From IMG/VR virus record IMGVR_UViG_2529292836_000016: DNA of 50,087 bases; one strand, 5' to 3'. Each line of letters starts with the position of its first letter. Within the stretch, counting starts at the first letter, position 1. Below, in pieces: positions 45,809-50,087 of this stretch. Source of the stretch: a virus. Taxonomy: Duplodnaviria > Heunggongvirae > Uroviricota > Caudoviricetes. Under the pieces are notes generated by a model, which saw nothing but the letters and a program-made list of their open reading frames with translations, searched no databases and was not told the DNA's origin. The position numbers were made by a program, and so were the translations under genes.

Positions 45809-48800
45809 GTGGATAAGCACTACCAACCTAAATTCCAGGAAGAATACAGCGCCAAAATTCCGGCACTGACGTTACTGACCAGCCTCGGCTGGACGTTTTT
45901 ATCTCCGAAACAGATTATGGATTACCGGGGCTATAAACAGGATGAGGTGGTGCTGCGTCCGGTTCTGCGTGAAGAGCTGTCGAAGCGTTCCTTTATGGCG
46001 GGTGGCAAAACCTGCCAGTTATCGGAAAAAGCACTGGATAACCTGATATCACAGGTCTGTTCTCCGGCGCTGAATGAAGGGCTGCTCAAAGCCAATGAAC
46101 GGATGTATAACCATCTGCTCTACGGTATCACCGTCACGGAGTTTGTCGATGGCAAGAAGGTCAACCCCCCCATTGCGCTGATCGACTGGGAACATCCGGA
46201 AAATAACCAGTTCCATTTTACCGAAGAATTTACGGTATTGCGGTCAGGCGGTGTCGAAACCCGCAGGCCGGATATTGTATGTTTTGTGAATGGTATCCCG
46301 CTGGCCGTCATTGAAGCGAAAAGCCCGGCGGGTCACGGCAAGAAAGGGCCAACCATTGACGAAGGGATATCCCAGAGTATCCGCAATCAGCTCAACGACG
46401 AAATCCCGCAGCTGTTTGCTTACAGCCAGATATTACTGTCGATTAACGGGCATGACGGGCGCTACGGTACCTGTCATACACCAATGAAATTCTGGGCGGC
46501 ATGGCGCGAAGAAGATATTACTTACGCGCAGATGTATGCGCTGCGCAACCATAAGTTATCGACTGAACAAATTCATGCGTTGTTTGATCATCGTCCTTCA
46601 GTCGATCTCAACTGGTATCAACAGTTAATCGATGGGGGGGAACTGGCAGTCAGCGGGCAGGATAAGCTGCTCATCAGTCTGCTTTCACCGGAACGTCTGC
46701 TGGAGATGACCCGCTTCTTCACCCTGTTTGATAAAAAAACCGGAAAAATTGTTGCCCGCTATCAGCAGGTGTTCGGGATAAAAAGACTGCTGGAACGCAT
46801 CAGTACCCGCAGACCAGACGGGGGCAGGGAAGGGGGGGTGATCTGGCATACCACGGGGTCAGGTAAATCTTACACCATGGTGTTCCTCAGCAAGGCGCTG
46901 ATTCTTCATGACAGCCTGAAGCGGTGTCGTATCGTGGTGGTGACGGACCGTATCGATCTTGAAGAACAGCTCAGCAATACCTTTGCATCCGGCGGCGAGT
47001 TGGCCGGGAAAAAAGACAAAGCCAATGCAATGGCGACATCCGGGCAGATGCTGGCGAAACAGATTGGCTCCGGTAAAGAACGCATCATTTTCACCCTAAT
47101 CCAGAAATTTAATTCAGCGACAAAACTTCCTGAATGCGTCAATACCAGCCCCGATATCATCGTTCTGATTGATGAAGGACACCGTAGCCAGGGTGGTGAG
47201 AACCATGTGCGAATGAAACTGGCACTGCCGAACGCCGCCTTTGTAGCATTTACTGGTACGCCATTGCTAAAAGAAGATAAGACCACCAATAAATTCGGAC
47301 CGATTGTCCACGCTTATACCATGCAGCGAGCGGTAGAAGATAAAGCCGTTACACCTTTGCTGTATGAAGAACGTATTCCCGACCTTGAGGTTAACGATCG
47401 GGCAATAGATGCCTGGTTTGATCGTATTACCGATGGGTTAAGCGAAGCGCAAAAAGCCGACCTTAAGCGTAAATATGCCCGTAAAGGTGAGGTTTATAGT
47501 GCAGATGATCGCATCCGTCTGATCGCACTCGATATCGCCACGCACTTCTCGAAGAATATTGATGAGGGACTGAAAGGCCAGCTTGCCTGCGACAGCAAGA
47601 TTTCCGCCATCAAATATAAAAAGTATCTTGATGAAGCCGGGTTGTTTGAGTCAGCTGTAGTTATCAGCCCGCCGGATACCCGGGAAGGGAATACTGAGGT
47701 GGATGAAAGCAAACTGCCGGAAGTGACGAAATGGTGGAAAGATAACGTCGGCACGCAGGATGAGTCTGTGTATACCCGCAATATCATCAGTCGTTTCGAT
47801 ACCGATGAGAAGCTCAAATTGCTGATAGTCGTTGATAAACTGCTCACCGGGTTTGATGAGCCGAAGAATACCGTGCTGTATATCGACAAGCCGCTTAAGT
47901 CCCACAACCTTATCCAGGCGATTGCGCGGGTGAACCGACTGCATCCACTAAAAAAGTTCGGTCTGCTGATTGATTATCGCGGTATTCTGGCTGAGCTGGA
48001 CACGACTATCGGCAAATATCAGGACCTCGCCTCCCGAACTCAGGGCGGATACGACATCAAAGATATTGACGGGCTGTACAGCGCCATGAGCTCTGAATAC
48101 AAGCGCCTGCCGCATCTGTATAACCAGCTGTGGGCCATATTTGCTGGTGTCAAAAACAAAAATGATACTGAGCAGTTACGTGCGGTACTGGTGCCTAAAA
48201 TGGAAGAACGTGACGGAGAGATGGTCGATATCCATCAGAAAACCCGTGATGATTTCTTCGAGGCGTTAACGGCCTTTGCCGGATGCCTGAAAGTGGCACT
48301 GCAGTCCGCCACCTTCTTCACCGACAAGAGCTTTACGGAACAAGACCGAAATCTCTATAAAGAAACCGTAAAACAGATGTCCAGCCTGCGCCAGTGGGCG
48401 ATGCAGGTAAGTGGAGAGCAGGTCAATTATGACGACTACGCTGAGCAGGTGAAAAAACTGCTGGATAAGCATGTCACCGGCGTTGAGGTTCGTGAACCGG
48501 ATGGCGTGTATGAAGTCGGTAAAATGGGCAAGAGCGAAAAGCCCGAAGAGTGGGACAACAATAAAACCCGCAATGAAACCGACATCATTAAAACCCGTGT
48601 GACAAAGATGATTGAGCAGGAGCTGCGTGATGACCCGTATGCTCAGGAAGCCTTTTCAAAACTCCTGCGTATGGCTATTGAAGAGGCTGAAAAACTGTTC
48701 GACCATCCGTTGAAACAGTATCTCTTGTTCCGTGAATTTGAAGAACAGGTTGAAGCCCGTAAGCTCAGCGATATCCCGGATGCACTGGCGGTAAACAAGC

Positions 48801-49093
48801 ATGCTCAGGCGTATTACGGTGTATTTAAAAAAGAGCTACCTGAGGTTTTTGCGGTAAACGACGTTCAGGTGCAGGATAAGTGGACGAAGCTGGCCTTTGA
48901 AGTGGACAGCATTATCGTTAGAGCGGTGGAAGAAAACTCCCTGAACCCTCAGGATATTGAGAAAGCCGTTAAGACTAATCTGTTACCGCTGCTGTTTACG
49001 GCCTGCCGGGAGATGGGTGCCGGAATGAATCAGGTAAACCGTATCGTGGAAACTATCATCCAGATCCTGCGCGTTGGTTTGATGAAATCATGA
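45809..49093 (+). CDS. hsdR: Type I restriction endonuclease/helicase subunit
   Basis: 1094 aa; Walker A 'TTGSGKS', 'DEGHRSQ' DEAD-box-like motif; probable GTG start. Confidence 0.9.
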   Translation: MDKHYQPKFQEEYSAKIPALTLLTSLGWTFLSPKQIMDYRGYKQDEVVLRPVLREELSKRSFMAGGKTCQLSEKALDNLISQVCSPALNEGLLKANERMYNHLLYGITVTEFVDGKKVNPPIALIDWEHPENNQFHFTEEFTVLRSGGVETRRPDIVCFVNGIPLAVIEAKSPAGHGKKGPTIDEGISQSIRNQLNDEIPQLFAYSQILLSINGHDGRYGTCHTPMKFWAAWREEDITYAQMYALRNHKLSTEQIHALFDHRPSVDLNWYQQLIDGGELAVSGQDKLLISLLSPERLLEMTRFFTLFDKKTGKIVARYQQVFGIKRLLERISTRRPDGGREGGVIWHTTGSGKSYTMVFLSKALILHDSLKRCRIVVVTDRIDLEEQLSNTFASGGELAGKKDKANAMATSGQMLAKQIGSGKERIIFTLIQKFNSATKLPECVNTSPDIIVLIDEGHRSQGGENHVRMKLALPNAAFVAFTGTPLLKEDKTTNKFGPIVHAYTMQRAVEDKAVTPLLYEERIPDLEVNDRAIDAWFDRITDGLSEAQKADLKRKYARKGEVYSADDRIRLIALDIATHFSKNIDEGLKGQLACDSKISAIKYKKYLDEAGLFESAVVISPPDTREGNTEVDESKLPEVTKWWKDNVGTQDESVYTRNIISRFDTDEKLKLLIVVDKLLTGFDEPKNTVLYIDKPLKSHNLIQAIARVNRLHPLKKFGLLIDYRGILAELDTTIGKYQDLASRTQGGYDIKDIDGLYSAMSSEYKRLPHLYNQLWAIFAGVKNKNDTEQLRAVLVPKMEERDGEMVDIHQKTRDDFFEALTAFAGCLKVALQSATFFTDKSFTEQDRNLYKETVKQMSSLRQWAMQVSGEQVNYDDYAEQVKKLLDKHVTGVEVREPDGVYEVGKMGKSEKPEEWDNNKTRNETDIIKTRVTKMIEQELRDDPYAQEAFSKLLRMAIEEAEKLFDHPLKQYLLFREFEEQVEARKLSDIPDALAVNKHAQAYYGVFKKELPEVFAVNDVQVQDKWTKLAFEVDSIIVRAVEENSLNPQDIEKAVKTNLLPLLFTACREMGAGMNQVNRIVETIIQILRVGLMKS

Positions 49094-49845
49094 GTGAAAA
49101 AGAGTCGCCAGCAATGAAAGCGTTACGCATTGTTTATGGTGATGAGGTCATCACCGTACAGTGTGTTCCGCGTCAGGTCGTAAAGGGCAGGGTGCTCATC
49201 AAGGTTTATCCGGACTGCCGGGTTGTGGCCTCTGTACCGCCTGAAACACCGGAGCACGAGGTATTGTCTGCGCTGAAAAAACGAGGGCGCTGGATATACC
49301 AGCAACTGCGTGATTTCAGGGAGCAACAGACACACATTGTTCCGCGTCAGTATGTCAGCGGAGAAAGCCATTATTATCTCGGTAAGCAATATCAGTTGAA
49401 AGTGACAGAAGACGCTACTGTGCCGCAACGAGTGAAAATGTTGCGTGGGCGTCTGGAAGTGACTGTCAGACACAAATCGGCAGAAAAGATTAAAGCCTTG
49501 CTGGCTGAATGGTATCGGGAACGTGCCAGAGATGTTTTTCAGCGCAGGCTTGATTTACTGATTCCGCAGACCCTTTGGGTCAGTGAGCGTCCTCCGATAC
49601 GTCTGCGGGCGATGCAAACGCAATGGGGCAACTGTTCAGCAAAAGGCTGTCTGACCCTGAATCCATGGCTGGTTAAGGCATCCTCAGAATGTATCGATTA
49701 TGTTTTGCTACATGAGTTATGCCATGTGGCTGAGCACAACCACAGCGAGGAGTTTTACCGTCTGATGGGGCAGGTTATGCCGGGCTGGGAAAAGGTTAAG
49801 AAGCGACTGGATGGTATGGCTGGGATGTTGTTGGCAGATATGTAG
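49090..49845 (+). CDS. DUF45/YgjP-like (WLM-type) zinc metallopeptidase
   Basis: 251 aa; 'LLHELCHVAEHNHSEEF' HExxH zinc motif; ATGA overlap with hsdR stop. Confidence 0.65.
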   Translation: MSEKESPAMKALRIVYGDEVITVQCVPRQVVKGRVLIKVYPDCRVVASVPPETPEHEVLSALKKRGRWIYQQLRDFREQQTHIVPRQYVSGESHYYLGKQYQLKVTEDATVPQRVKMLRGRLEVTVRHKSAEKIKALLAEWYRERARDVFQRRLDLLIPQTLWVSERPPIRLRAMQTQWGNCSAKGCLTLNPWLVKASSECIDYVLLHELCHVAEHNHSEEFYRLMGQVMPGWEKVKKRLDGMAGMLLADM

Positions 49846-49876
49846 TTTCTAACTTATTCCAATGGGCTCATTTGTC

Positions 49877-50087
49877 GGTGATGCTGCCAACTTACTGATT
49901 TAGTGTATGATGGTGTTTTTGAGGTGCTCCAGTGGCTTCCATTTCCATCAGATGTCCTTCCTGCTCCGCTACTGAAGGCGTGGTGCGTAACGGCAAAAGC
50001 ACTGCCGGACATCAGCGCTATCTCTGCTCTCACTGCCGTAAAACATGGCAACTGCAGTTCACTTACACCGCTTCTCAACCCGGTACG
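49877..50087 (+). mobile_element. IS1 insertion sequence, left end (element continues past window end)
   Basis: Left inverted repeat 'GGTGATGCTGCCAACTTACTGAT' at 49877-49899 followed by the insA frame. Confidence 0.85.
49932..50087 (+). CDS. insA: IS1 InsA (N-terminal part, truncated by window end)
   Basis: GTG start; translation '[52 protein letters not shown]' matches IS1 InsA zinc-finger region. Confidence 0.85.
   Translation, partial: MASISIRCPSCSATEGVVRNGKSTAGHQRYLCSHCRKTWQLQFTYTASQPGT

Noticed and set aside
49854-50078. 74-aa minus-strand ORF at the window end
   Set aside because: Antisense to IS1 insA, whose translation matches the known InsA N-terminus.

Overview
Read by eye from the sequence and the ORF track; no database searches were run, so all names rest on motif and synteny recognition. 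The window holds three blocks. (1) About 1-25230: a P2-family prophage in canonical order (tail fibre H, baseplate I/J/W/V, tail completion S/R, spanins, endolysin, holin, X, L, terminase M, capsid N, scaffold O, terminase P, portal Q, cos-side cargo, replication gene A, early operon, immunity repressor, integrase). It carries cargo at the old/tin-equivalent position (a DUF3800-like gene and a ParM/ParR pair), an SPFH lipoprotein cassette in the early operon, and two morons between repressor and integrase. It ends at a partial tRNA-Leu 3' segment (att) with an intrinsic terminator. (2) About 25230-49876: an AT-rich island that looks pipolin-like: P4-type integrase, a primer-independent family-B DNA polymerase (piPolB-like), a second tyrosine recombinase, an AlpA-like regulator, a WYL-regulator plus alpha/beta-hydrolase pair, several orphan genes, and a Type I R-M operon (hsdM-hsdS ... 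hsdR plus a DUF45-type metallopeptidase). Two extra genes sit between hsdS and hsdR: a YecA-like SEC-C protein and a 594-aa protein with a cold-shock-like N-terminus and a Cys/His-rich C-terminus. This prr-like arrangement is my top candidate for an undescribed defence module. (3) 49877-end: the left end of an IS1 element. Coordinates for minus-strand starts that I adjusted by hand may be off by 1-2 nt.
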